Assembly: GCA_902760345.1 (NCBI GenBank) | Contig: CACWFY010000006.1 | Coordinates: forward strand, 14,338 to 78,337 | Direction of reading: 5' to 3' | DNA: 64,000 nucleotides | DNA from: an uncultured Bacteroidales bacterium | GTDB taxonomy: Bacteria; Bacteroidota; Bacteroidia; Bacteroidales; Bacteroidaceae | In this document: positions 10,006 to 19,385 of the stretch, one piece after another | How positions within the stretch are numbered: position 1 is the first letter of the stretch | Layout: every line of letters starts with the position of its first letter | Translations under genes and position numbers: made by a program | Notes under the pieces: model-generated | The model's input: only the letters and a program-made list of their open reading frames with translations | Database searches by the model: none | What the model was told of the DNA's origin: nothing

Positions 10006-10992
10006 ATGATAGAACAGCAAGGAATCAAGCCATACGTCATCGGCTTGGACTTAGGAGGAACCAACTCTGTATTCGGCATTGTCGACACTCGTGGCGAGAT
10101 CAAGGCCACTACCGCCATCAAGACTGGCGGGTTTACTAGTGCAGAGGCCTATGTCAAATCGGCTACTGAAGCGCTCCAGCCAATTATCGAACAGGTGGGA
10201 GGCCTCGAAAAGATTAAAGCGATGGGCATTGGCGCGCCTAACGGCAATTACTACAATGGCACTATCGAGTTTGCCCCCAACCTGCCATGGGCCCACGACG
10301 GCATTGTTCCTCTAGCTAAAATGTTCAGCGAAAAACTTGGTGGCATCCCCGTGGCACTGACTAACGACGCCAATGCTGCCGCTCTGGGTGAAATGGTCTA
10401 TGGCGTAGCCCGCGGTATGAAGAACTTCATCGTCATTACGCTGGGCACAGGTGTAGGCTCGGGAATCGTGGTTAACGGACAACTGCTTTATGGACACGAT
10501 GGCTTCGCTGGTGAGTTGGGACACGTCACCATGGTACGTGGTGCCGAGGGACGTCCTTGCGGATGTGGCCGAACAGGCTGCCTTGAAGCCTATTGCTCGG
10601 CAACAGGTGTAGCACGTACTGCCCGTGAGTTGTTGGCTACCACCAACCAGCCCTCCATTCTTCGCGACATGAAGCCTGAAAACATCACGTCACTCGACGT
10701 GGCGATTGCTGCCGGCAAGGGCGACGCACTGGCTAAGGATATCTACGAGTTCACGGGCAAGATGCTAGGTGAGGCATGTGCAGACTTTGCCGCCTTCTCG
10801 TCACCAGAAGCTTTCATCTTCTTCGGAGGTATGGTAAAAGCTGGCGACTTGATTATGGATCCTATCAAAAAAGCCTACGACAAACACGTCATGAACATCT
10901 TTAAAGGCAAGGCTCAGTTCCTGGTCAGCGGTCTCGACGGAGCGTCGGCTGCCGTACTCGGAGCATCAGCCATTGGTTGGGAAATACAGTAA
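10006..10992 (+). CDS. ROK-family sugar kinase (probable glucokinase)
   Basis: IGLDLGGT, NDANAAALGE, TLGTGVGSG, GELGH, CGCGRTGCLEAY. Confidence 0.93.
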   Translation: MIEQQGIKPYVIGLDLGGTNSVFGIVDTRGEIKATTAIKTGGFTSAEAYVKSATEALQPIIEQVGGLEKIKAMGIGAPNGNYYNGTIEFAPNLPWAHDGIVPLAKMFSEKLGGIPVALTNDANAAALGEMVYGVARGMKNFIVITLGTGVGSGIVVNGQLLYGHDGFAGELGHVTMVRGAEGRPCGCGRTGCLEAYCSATGVARTARELLATTNQPSILRDMKPENITSLDVAIAAGKGDALAKDIYEFTGKMLGEACADFAAFSSPEAFIFFGGMVKAGDLIMDPIKKAYDKHVMNIFKGKAQFLVSGLDGASAAVLGASAIGWEIQ

Positions 10993-11003
10993 CGAACTAA
11001 AAA

Positions 11004-11038
11004 GAGGTTGGTGCAGGACGCTACCAACCTCATCTTTT
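11004..11038 (+). terminator. intrinsic terminator after the ROK kinase
   Basis: gaggttggt/accaacctc stem followed by tctttt. Confidence 0.65.
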
Positions 11039-11170
11039 AATGATAAGTAGCGTAAAAAGAAAGTCTACGCAAATGCTTATCGGGGGCAAATTTAGATATT
11101 AATTTGATAAAAAGCAAATTTTCCTGCCACTTTTTTCGTTTTTCTGCGTTTTAACTGACTCCAACAACTG

Positions 11171-12205
11171 ATGAAATACCGCATACTGACAGCGTTCACC
11201 CTACTGTTTCTGCTCGTTACAGGCTGTGAAAAGAGCATCGCTACTGACGAGGATGGCACCTCGGGTGGTGACACCCCGACAGCTGGCATCAGTGATGCCG
11301 ACAAGCAGAACGCGCTGACTATCAGCCAGGCATGGGAAGTAGCCGATGGCACTGTTGTCTGCGTAAAGGGTTACTTGGTTGCCTCTACACAGCGTAGCAT
11401 TCAGAATGCAATCTTCTCAGCACCGTTCGAAGGCACCACCGCTATAGTCTTAGCAGAAGAGCCAATCAAGGGTAGCGACTATTTGATAGACTACGACGAC
11501 TTGTTTCCCGTCTGTCTGACAGATGCTTCCAAGGGTATTCGCAACAACTTCAATTTAGTTGACCATCCCGAATACTGGAATCACATGGTATATATAATAG
11601 GTACGCGTGCCGACTATCTGAGTATGGCGGGGCTAAAGAAAGTAACAGCAATAGAGGTTGGCGAAGCCTACCAAGCCGAAGAGCCCGATACACCGGAAAC
11701 CCCAGACGATCCAGTAACACCAAACCCAGAGCCTGAGCCTGATGACCCTGTAACACCAGACAACCCCAATACACCCGATGACCCTGTAACACCCGATAAT
11801 CCCACGCCAACGTCCGACGTACTGACAGTGGCGCAAGCCAAACTAGTATCAAACTACCAAACTATTACAGTAGAGGGATATATTGTCGGTGCTGCCTATG
11901 ATGATGGCATCCAAATAACTAAATATTTCAGCAGTCCGTTTACAAGCAAATCTTCAATCTTACTTGCTGACAAACCAATAGATATCAACAAGACTCCTGA
12001 AGAACAATTCGACTTACAATCTTTCTCAGACATATTCCCTGTATGCCTCACGGGCAACAAAAAGATACAAGATGTACTCAATCTTAAAGAGCATCCTAAT
12101 AATCAGAACATACGTGTTCAGATAAAAGGTGTCAAACAAGACTATCTTTGCACTAAGGGAATGAAAGATGTTGAGAGTTACAAAATCATTTCCCAGGAAC
12201 CGTAG
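11171..12205 (+). CDS. lipoprotein with two DUF6359-like (OB-fold-like) domains joined by a Pro/Asp/Thr linker
   Basis: Lipobox LVTGC; internal duplication (LTISQA..VKGYLV..LAE..LFPVCLT..NLVDHP versus LTVAQA..VEGYIV..LAD..IFPVCLT..NLKEHP). Confidence 0.7.
   Translation: MKYRILTAFTLLFLLVTGCEKSIATDEDGTSGGDTPTAGISDADKQNALTISQAWEVADGTVVCVKGYLVASTQRSIQNAIFSAPFEGTTAIVLAEEPIKGSDYLIDYDDLFPVCLTDASKGIRNNFNLVDHPEYWNHMVYIIGTRADYLSMAGLKKVTAIEVGEAYQAEEPDTPETPDDPVTPNPEPEPDDPVTPDNPNTPDDPVTPDNPTPTSDVLTVAQAKLVSNYQTITVEGYIVGAAYDDGIQITKYFSSPFTSKSSILLADKPIDINKTPEEQFDLQSFSDIFPVCLTGNKKIQDVLNLKEHPNNQNIRVQIKGVKQDYLCTKGMKDVESYKIISQEP
11702..11809 (+). repeat. three 36-bp coding repeats encoding PDDPVTP-x5
   Basis: ga(c/t)ga(t/c)cc(a/t)gtaacacc at 11705, 11741 and 11777. 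Confidence 0.85.
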
Positions 12206-12590
12206 CCTGCTTGCGATATCCCATGCCTGTAACGTGGCAGATAAGTCGTCCTTCTTGATTGGTGACGCGCACCTCCATAGAGGGTATCTTATGATGGTCG
12301 CAGACGCAGGTAGCTTCTGCTGTCAGCACGTCGCCTTCCATAGCACTCGACACAAACATAATGCTGTTCTGGATGCCGAAGGTCAGCTGTCCGCCGTGGT
12401 TCATCAGTGCCGCAATAGCCAGATCGGCTAACGTAAACAAGGCACCACCCTGACACACATTGCCTCCATTGAGGTGGGCGTTAGTTACGGTCATCACCGC
12501 TATAGCATGATTATTGTCTACCTCTGTAATCTGACAGCCTGCCTGTGCAGCAAAGCGGTCGTTCTTATTCAACAATTCCTTGATACTCAT
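12186..12590 (-). CDS. PaaI-family hotdog-fold thioesterase
   Basis: HLNGGNVCQGGALFTLAD motif; start at ATG 12590 because a TACCTTTG -7 box lies at 12618-12625 on the minus strand. Confidence 0.88.
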   Translation of the reverse strand: MSIKELLNKNDRFAAQAGCQITEVDNNHAIAVMTVTNAHLNGGNVCQGGALFTLADLAIAALMNHGGQLTFGIQNSIMFVSSAMEGDVLTAEATCVCDHHKIPSMEVRVTNQEGRLICHVTGMGYRKQATVPGK

Positions 12591-12643
12591 ATCGTCGTCG
12601 TTCAGTTTTACAGGCGGCAAAGGTACGAAAAATATCCGATTAC

Positions 12644-12655
12644 GCAACCGTTTAC
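12644..12655. promoter_or_regulatory. LacI-type palindromic operator candidate upstream of GH28-GH105
   Basis: GCAACCGTTTAC, 57 bp upstream of the TATCTTTG -7 box (12701-12708). Confidence 0.6.
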
Positions 12656-12738
12656 ATAACAAAATAATGTAAAAGCGGTGGCTGTTTCATTCTTTTTTGC
12701 TATCTTTGCACACAGAAACTACTTAAACGCAAATCAAA

Positions 12739-15354
12739 ATGAAGAGAATCCTCCAGACAGCATTGCTTTGTCTCTGCATAGTAATGACAGCCCAGGCGAA
12801 GGGTTGGGACGAGCAGCAGTACCGCCAGATTGAGCAGAGCATCCGCCTGCCACAGTTCCCCGACAAGGCTTTTGTCATCACCAAATATGGTGCAAAGCCT
12901 GGCAATACTGCCGCAAAAAATCAGAAAGCAATACAGAAGGCTATCGACACCTGTTCAAAGAAAGGTGGCGGACGCGTCGTGGTACCTGCCGGACAGCACT
13001 TCCTCACAGCAGCCATCCAGCTGAAAAGCCACGTCAACCTTGTCGTTGAGGAGGGTGCTGTGCTGGAATTTGCTTTCGAACCCGAGCTCTACCCCATCGT
13101 TCCTACCCGTTGGGAGGGACTGGACTGCTGGAATCTCTCACCATTGATTTACGCCTACCAACAGAAAGACGTGGCCGTCACAGGTCGCGGTACCATCGAT
13201 GGTGGTGGTTCGCGCGAGACTTGGTGGCCATGGGTCAGCGCCCCGAAGTTCGGCTTCAAGGAAGGGATGACCGTTCACCAGTGGAACGGCAGCCGTGCCC
13301 GCTTGCTGAAGGCTGCCGAGGACGGCATCGACATGGATGAGCGTCGCTTTGGTACGCAGGACGGACTGCGCCCGCAGATGATCAACTTCAACCAGTGCGA
13401 GGGCATTCTCATCGAGGACGTCACTTTGCTGCGCTCGCCGTTCTGGGTCATCCATCCACTGCTGTCGACAGACATCACAGTTCGTGGCGTCAAGATCAAC
13501 AATGACGGTCCCAATGGTGACGGTTGTGACCCAGAGTCGTGTGACCGTGTACTTATCGAAAACTGCTATTTTAATACTGGCGACGACTGTATTGCCATCA
13601 AGTCGGCCCGCAACAACGACGGCCGCGAGGGCGGTCAGGGTCGCTATGCAGGCCGTCCATCGAAGAATATCATCATTCGCAACTGTGAGATGAAGAACGG
13701 TCACGGTGGTGTGGTCATCGGTTCGGAGATCAGCGGTGGCTGTCAGAACGTCTATGCAGAGAACTGCCGCATGGACTCTCCCTCACTGGACCGTGTGCTT
13801 CGCATAAAAACCAACTCCTGTCGCGGCGGCGTCATCGAGAACATCAACATGCGCAACATCACTGTTGGACAATGTAAGGAAGCCGTGCTGAAGATCAATA
13901 CCGACTATGAGCCGCGCGAGGTATGCTGCCGAGGATTCAACCCCACAGTACGTAACGTATGGATGGAGAACGTAACCTGCCAGAAGTCTCGCTACGGTGT
14001 ACTGGTGGTCGGCATGCCCGATGCCTGCCAAGTGTATGACGTCGACGTGAAAAATTGCCAGTTCAACGGTGTGGCCGAGGGTAACAAACTGACGGGTCAG
14101 TGGCGCGACATCCGCTTCGACAACCTGCAGATCAATGGTGCATTGGCACTGCTTGAGAAGCCCTACAAGCACTATTCGGAGTGGATGACCTATTCGGAGA
14201 TGCAGCGTGTGCCGAAGTCATACCTGCTCGACTTCTCTAACACTCCCAAATGGAGCTATGTGATGGGTATCGAGCTGGAAGGTATGCTCGACACCTACCT
14301 GCGCTATGGCGGCGAGAAGATACGCCAGTACTGCCAGGAGTATACCGACACTATGATCTATACCGACGGCAACATCCGCGGATTCAATATCGAGGACTAC
14401 AATCTGGACAATATCCGCACGGGCCATTTTGTGACCCGCATGTACCAGAAGTGGCCCGAGAAGAAAAACCTGCTGGCCATGCAACTGATGATGAAGCAAC
14501 TGAAGAACCAGCCACGCACCGTGGTTGACAAGGTTTACTGGCATAAGGCTATCTACTCGTATCAGGTATGGCTCGACGGTATTTTCATGGGACTGCCGTT
14601 CTATACGATGACCGCCCGCGACCTGCTGCCACAGAAAGAGGCAAAGAAAATCTACGACGACGCTGTCAACCAGATCAGCATCACCTATCAACGCACCTTC
14701 GACCCGACGACGGGACTGAACCGCCACGCCTACGACGAGACACGCGACATGTTCTGGGCCGACAAAGAGACGGGACTGTCGCAGCACTGCTGGGGACGCG
14801 CTCAGGGCTGGTACTCGATGGCACTCATCGAACTGCTTGACGCACTGCCACAGGACTACAGCCGCAGAACGGAAGTCATAGAACTGCTACGTAAGGACCT
14901 CGACGCCGTCATCAAGTATCAGGACGAGAAAACCGGCCTGTGGTATCAGGTAATGGACCAGCCTGGGCGCGATGGTAACTATCTGGAATCCACCTGTTCC
15001 AGCATGTTCGCTTATGTACTGCTAAAAGCAAACCGCATGGGCTACTTAGGCGAGAAATACCGCGAGGCAGGCATCAAAGCCTACAAAGGAATCATCAACA
15101 ACTTTATTCGCATCAATCCCGACAAGACCATCTCGCTGACACAGTGCTGCGAAGTGGCTGGCCTGGGCCCGGGACTGAGCGACAAAGTACGCAAGGCCGC
15201 CCCGAAGGTGAAGGAGAACCGTCGTCGCGACGGCTCATACGCCTACTACCTCTCTGAACCCATCCGCGACAACGACGCCAAGGGTGTCGGTCCGTTCCTC
15301 TGGGCTTCATTGGAGATGGAGCAGTTAGGCTATACGACCGACAGCGAGTATTGA
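12739..15354 (+). CDS. bifunctional polygalacturonase (GH28) / unsaturated galacturonyl hydrolase (GH105)
   Basis: Signal peptide; GH28 motifs PNGDG, GDDCIAIKS, GHGGVVIGSE, RIK; GH105 motifs WSYVMG, WLDGIFMG, WGRAQGW. Confidence 0.92.
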   Translation: MKRILQTALLCLCIVMTAQAKGWDEQQYRQIEQSIRLPQFPDKAFVITKYGAKPGNTAAKNQKAIQKAIDTCSKKGGGRVVVPAGQHFLTAAIQLKSHVNLVVEEGAVLEFAFEPELYPIVPTRWEGLDCWNLSPLIYAYQQKDVAVTGRGTIDGGGSRETWWPWVSAPKFGFKEGMTVHQWNGSRARLLKAAEDGIDMDERRFGTQDGLRPQMINFNQCEGILIEDVTLLRSPFWVIHPLLSTDITVRGVKINNDGPNGDGCDPESCDRVLIENCYFNTGDDCIAIKSARNNDGREGGQGRYAGRPSKNIIIRNCEMKNGHGGVVIGSEISGGCQNVYAENCRMDSPSLDRVLRIKTNSCRGGVIENINMRNITVGQCKEAVLKINTDYEPREVCCRGFNPTVRNVWMENVTCQKSRYGVLVVGMPDACQVYDVDVKNCQFNGVAEGNKLTGQWRDIRFDNLQINGALALLEKPYKHYSEWMTYSEMQRVPKSYLLDFSNTPKWSYVMGIELEGMLDTYLRYGGEKIRQYCQEYTDTMIYTDGNIRGFNIEDYNLDNIRTGHFVTRMYQKWPEKKNLLAMQLMMKQLKNQPRTVVDKVYWHKAIYSYQVWLDGIFMGLPFYTMTARDLLPQKEAKKIYDDAVNQISITYQRTFDPTTGLNRHAYDETRDMFWADKETGLSQHCWGRAQGWYSMALIELLDALPQDYSRRTEVIELLRKDLDAVIKYQDEKTGLWYQVMDQPGRDGNYLESTCSSMFAYVLLKANRMGYLGEKYREAGIKAYKGIINNFIRINPDKTISLTQCCEVAGLGPGLSDKVRKAAPKVKENRRRDGSYAYYLSEPIRDNDAKGVGPFLWASLEMEQLGYTTDSEY

Positions 15355-15368
15355 AAAAGATAAGAAAG

Positions 15369-16592
15369 ATGAAGAGAGGGCTTATATCTATCGCTGTTAC
15401 CCTATTGTCGCTGACAGTAGCTGCTAACGACTATGACCAAGACAAGCCCTTTGGTTTCTGTACCCGTGCTTCACGCACTAATGCCGACAGTATTTACAAC
15501 ATTACTGGTGGAGGCTGTTACACCTATCCTGTACCCACTGATTTTTCCGGCAGTCTGACCATCCTCACGTCTGAAGGACCTGACGTGGATATGAAAGAAA
15601 AAATACGGAATAGCCTAAAGAACTACGAGGTCGTGATTCTCGATGGTTCCAAAGGTGACTTCTACGTATCAAGCAATGTTGTAAATACCAACAGCAACAG
15701 GACCGTTATAGGCATCAACAATGCCCGCATCTGTACCATCTGGAAGATAACGGACAAGATCAAGTCCTTACTTGACGCTGTGGGGGTTCCCCAGATGCGT
15801 ACCAGCAGAGGGACAGGCAGCACTTTAGACAACGGCCGGAGAGTAAGTGAAGAGGCAGAATACAATACACGCAAAATCATCCTGGAGATGACGGACGACA
15901 AAGACGAAAGATATCGTAGCTCGGGAGTCCTGACGATAAAGAACTGTCAGAACATCATCATCCGCAACATCTCCTTTGTTGGTCCGGGATCTGTAGACGT
16001 GGGGGGAAGCGACCTTCTGACCTGCAACAATGCCAAGAACTGCTGGATAGACCATTGCGCCTTTACAGATGGCATGGACGGCAACTTCGACATCACGGTA
16101 AGCTCTGACTTCATTACCGTCAGCTGGTGTACGTTCAGCTATACCGACCGCTCGTATATGCACCAGAACACCAATCTCGTGGGCTATAGTGACAGAGAGC
16201 CAGATGGTTTCCTAAACACCACGTTTGCTTTTAACTGGTGGGGAACAGGCTGTCACCAGCGTATGCCAATGGTGCGTAGAGGCAAGATTCACATGCTGAA
16301 CAACTACTATAGCTGTACGACTGCCAGTAACTGTATCAATCCCCGCATTAAGTCAGAGTTCCTGATTGAAGGCAACTATTTCGAAAAAGGAGTTAAAAGA
16401 TACTATAGTCAGAATGACGCCATGGCAGTGACATGGGCTGATAGCAACCATGCCGAAGAGTCCAACAAAGCAGGAAAGCCGACATCCATCGGCACTCCTG
16501 TCACCGTACCTTACGATTATTCCGTAGCCCCCTATAGCGACGTGCCGTCTGTGGTAAAGACAAAAGCAGGAGCTACTCTCTTTTCCAGATAA
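15369..16592 (+). CDS. pectate lyase (PL1)
   Basis: Signal peptide; NIIIRNI, WIDHC, DGNFD, QRMPMVRRGKIHMLNNYY, IEGNYF; start at ATG 15369 (alternative TTG at 15351). Confidence 0.9.
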   Translation: MKRGLISIAVTLLSLTVAANDYDQDKPFGFCTRASRTNADSIYNITGGGCYTYPVPTDFSGSLTILTSEGPDVDMKEKIRNSLKNYEVVILDGSKGDFYVSSNVVNTNSNRTVIGINNARICTIWKITDKIKSLLDAVGVPQMRTSRGTGSTLDNGRRVSEEAEYNTRKIILEMTDDKDERYRSSGVLTIKNCQNIIIRNISFVGPGSVDVGGSDLLTCNNAKNCWIDHCAFTDGMDGNFDITVSSDFITVSWCTFSYTDRSYMHQNTNLVGYSDREPDGFLNTTFAFNWWGTGCHQRMPMVRRGKIHMLNNYYSCTTASNCINPRIKSEFLIEGNYFEKGVKRYYSQNDAMAVTWADSNHAEESNKAGKPTSIGTPVTVPYDYSVAPYSDVPSVVKTKAGATLFSR

Positions 16593-16616
16593 AGCTAACA
16601 ATTAAAACAAAAGAAT

Positions 16617-18914
16617 ATGAAGAAATCTCTACTTACACTTGCGATATCATTCATCGCAACATTAGCAATGGGACAGACTCCCGCATTCCCTGGTGCAGAA
16701 GGTTATGGCCGCTATATCACTGGCGGACGAGGAGGAAACATTGTCCACGTTTCCAACCTCAACGACTCTGGAACCGGTTCGCTGCGTGCAGCTGTCAATG
16801 GCTCTGCCAAGAAGACTGTGGTCTTTGATGTGGCAGGTGTCATTGTGTTGAAAAGCGATCTAGTCATTGGTGCCAATACCACCATTGCCGGACAGACAGC
16901 GCCATCACCCGGTATTACCTTGCGCTATTATTCGGTACGTCCCAATGGCAACAACATCATTATGCGCTTTATAAGAGTGCGACGTGGTGAAGAGGAAAAC
17001 ATCCATGATGGGGCTGATGCTTGTTGGGCTAAGAACTTCACAGGCATTATACTGGACCACTGCTCGTTCTCATGGAGTATTGACGAAGTATCGTCGTTCT
17101 ATGACAACTGTGACTTCACCATGCAGTGGTGCTCTATAGGCGAAGGATTGGCCAATCCCGGACACTCCAAAGGCGAACACAGCTATGGAGGTATTTGGGG
17201 TGGAAAGGGCGCCTCATTCCACCATAATATGATATGCCATGTACAGAACCGAGCACCTCGTCTGAATGGTGCACGCTATGGCTGGACAGGTTATAACAAG
17301 ACAAAATACCCTGGAGGAACTATCAATGCAGAGCAGGTAGACCTGCGAAATAACCTCATGTATAACTGGGGCAATGGCAATGGCGCTTATGGCGCTATGG
17401 GAGGCTATCATAACATTGTGAACAACTATTATAAGGCAGGACCTGCTACCAAAAACAAGACTCGCGTATTCCAATGCGGAAAGACATCTGGAAAAGATGC
17501 TGATGGAGGTCAGGCTATCGACCCTGAGAAAAAAGGAATCTACGGACATTTCTATATCAGTGGCAACTATGTTACTGCCGCTGGAAACGACGCAGAGAGC
17601 TACGACTGGAAGGGAGTTATTGTTGACGGTGTAAACGGCATTCCTGATACCATTAAACTTAGCAGTCCTATTAGCACCTTTGTCAATGCAGACGTGACCA
17701 CACATTCGGCACAGACTGCTTACGAGAAGATTCTTGATTACGTAGGAGCATCCCTATTCCGTGACAACGTTGACAAACGATATGTTAGAGAAGCAAATAA
17801 CGGAACAACCACTTATACAGGTAGTGCTTCGAAAACAGGCGAGGGTGAAAGTGTTACACACTATCCTGGCATCATTGACTTTGTGAAAGATCAAGGAGAA
17901 TACACACTTGCATCGAACATGCGCTCTTCATCATTTGACGCCGACAAAGACGGAATGGCTGACGAATGGGAACAGGCCAATGGAGGAGATCTTGATCCTA
18001 ATGCCTATACTTTGGACAGCGAATACCAGTGGTACACCAACCTTGAGGTATACATGAACAGTATTGTGGAGGACATCGTGAAAGCAGAAAACGCTGGCGC
18101 CATCTCTGCTGTCAACGAATATTATCCCACATGTGTCAAGGTTGACGTCAATCCACAGGAAGACCCATCAACGGGCGTAACGGGAACTATTACGTGGCCA
18201 TTCAATACTGGTGTGGCAGGACAGACAGCAACCGTATTGCCATCCATCAGCGAAGGAATTACTTCAACCAGCGTAACCATAGGTAGTGACCTCGATTATG
18301 ACGGCACACAATCGGTCGCTTCATTTAAAGAAACAAAAATCAAGGATTTGGCATATCAATCAACAGCTGCATCAGAAAAAAATGCCATTACTTTTACTAT
18401 CAACATTGCCGACGGATATAAATTCCAGGCAGAAAACGTAGAGGTTACTGCTACCCGTCTTGGAACGGATGCAGGAAAACTTGACATCAGCTGGATAGAT
18501 GATGGCGGTACTATATCCTTGATTCAAGGTAGTACACCAAAACGTAACGAAAACAAGACAGGCTTGGAAGACCAGACACCGTTTTACACTGCATATTCAT
18601 TCAATCTTAGTAATGATGCTACGGCGAGCGAGAGTACATGCAAACTTATCATTAACATGTATGGCGTTACGACTTCCTACAAATCGGGAACTACCAATCT
18701 CAACTATAAGGACTATGGTTTCTGCAACATCATCATTACAGGACAGCTTATTAGTCCCACTGGCATATCTACGCCTGTCACCCTCTCCCCTGCCCTCTCT
18801 ACCGAGTACTACAACTTGGCAGGACAGAAAGTTGGCAGCGATGCCAAGGGTGTAGTTATCGTTCGCCAGCGCATGGCGGACGGAACGACACTGACCAGGA
18901 AAACAATGAAATAA
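16617..18914 (+). CDS. pectate lyase (PL1, subfamily 2-like) with an accessory domain and T9SS-type C-terminal signal
   Basis: PAFPGAEGYG..TGGRGG, DSGTGSLRAA, IAGQTAP, LDHCSFSWSIDE, RAPR, DADKDGMADEWE; C-terminal TGI..YYNLAGQKV..KG. Confidence 0.92.
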   Translation: MKKSLLTLAISFIATLAMGQTPAFPGAEGYGRYITGGRGGNIVHVSNLNDSGTGSLRAAVNGSAKKTVVFDVAGVIVLKSDLVIGANTTIAGQTAPSPGITLRYYSVRPNGNNIIMRFIRVRRGEEENIHDGADACWAKNFTGIILDHCSFSWSIDEVSSFYDNCDFTMQWCSIGEGLANPGHSKGEHSYGGIWGGKGASFHHNMICHVQNRAPRLNGARYGWTGYNKTKYPGGTINAEQVDLRNNLMYNWGNGNGAYGAMGGYHNIVNNYYKAGPATKNKTRVFQCGKTSGKDADGGQAIDPEKKGIYGHFYISGNYVTAAGNDAESYDWKGVIVDGVNGIPDTIKLSSPISTFVNADVTTHSAQTAYEKILDYVGASLFRDNVDKRYVREANNGTTTYTGSASKTGEGESVTHYPGIIDFVKDQGEYTLASNMRSSSFDADKDGMADEWEQANGGDLDPNAYTLDSEYQWYTNLEVYMNSIVEDIVKAENAGAISAVNEYYPTCVKVDVNPQEDPSTGVTGTITWPFNTGVAGQTATVLPSISEGITSTSVTIGSDLDYDGTQSVASFKETKIKDLAYQSTAASEKNAITFTINIADGYKFQAENVEVTATRLGTDAGKLDISWIDDGGTISLIQGSTPKRNENKTGLEDQTPFYTAYSFNLSNDATASESTCKLIINMYGVTTSYKSGTTNLNYKDYGFCNIIITGQLISPTGISTPVTLSPALSTEYYNLAGQKVGSDAKGVVIVRQRMADGTTLTRKTMK

Positions 18915-19094
18915 CCTGCATTTCCTACACTTGGTGCTGATTATCAACAAATTACGTTCAAATTTCCTACACTGAAAGTGACACTTTTCCTACACTGAAG
19001 CGGTGCGAGTTACAGTGCAACTTCAGTGTAGGAATCAGTGTAGGATTTTTCGTGTAAGTATCTGACTATCAATAGCAAGTGTAGGAAATGCAGG
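18915..19094. repeat. 180-bp nested palindromic element (MITE-like)
   Basis: Perfect 19-bp terminal IR cctgcatttcctacacttg (18915-18933 / 19076-19094), 11-bp IR (18965-18975 / 19035-19045), 14-bp IR (18987-19000 / 19021-19034). Confidence 0.9.
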
Positions 19095-19117
19095 ATTTCG
19101 ACAACTGAAGTCGTACC

Positions 19118-19227
19118 TAAGCACTGTGAATCCTACACATTAACACTGTTAAAGCGTAGGATTGACATCGTCAAAGCTATGCATTGACTATGTGAAAACA
19201 TAGTTTTGACGCGGTAAAAACATAGTT
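19118..19227. repeat. five degenerate 22-bp tandem units
   Basis: taagcactgtgaatcctacaca / ttaacactgttaaagcgtagga / ttgacatcgtcaaagctatgca / ttgactatgtgaaaacatagtt / ttgacgcggtaaaaacatagtt. Confidence 0.75.
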
Positions 19228-19243
19228 TTCAAAATGCACAGAC

Positions 19244-19319
19244 GTAATCGTTTACGTGGCATTTAACAGAAAATTCACACTCCGAACGTCCGTTCTTCAC
19301 ATTTTTATTCGTAACTTTG
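19244..19319 (+). promoter_or_regulatory. LacI-type operator candidate plus promoter of the CE8 gene
   Basis: GTAATCGTTTAC (19244-19255), 68 bp upstream of TAACTTTG (19312-19319). Confidence 0.65.
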
Positions 19320-19385
19320 CAAGGCTAATACATATCGGTTCAGACAAATCAAAATTTTTACTAACAATAAAAACTAATAACGCTT

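Noticed and set aside
11040-11170. Possible ECF-type promoter or small hairpin upstream of the DUF6359-like lipoprotein
   Set aside because: The matches are too short and degenerate to support without TSS data.
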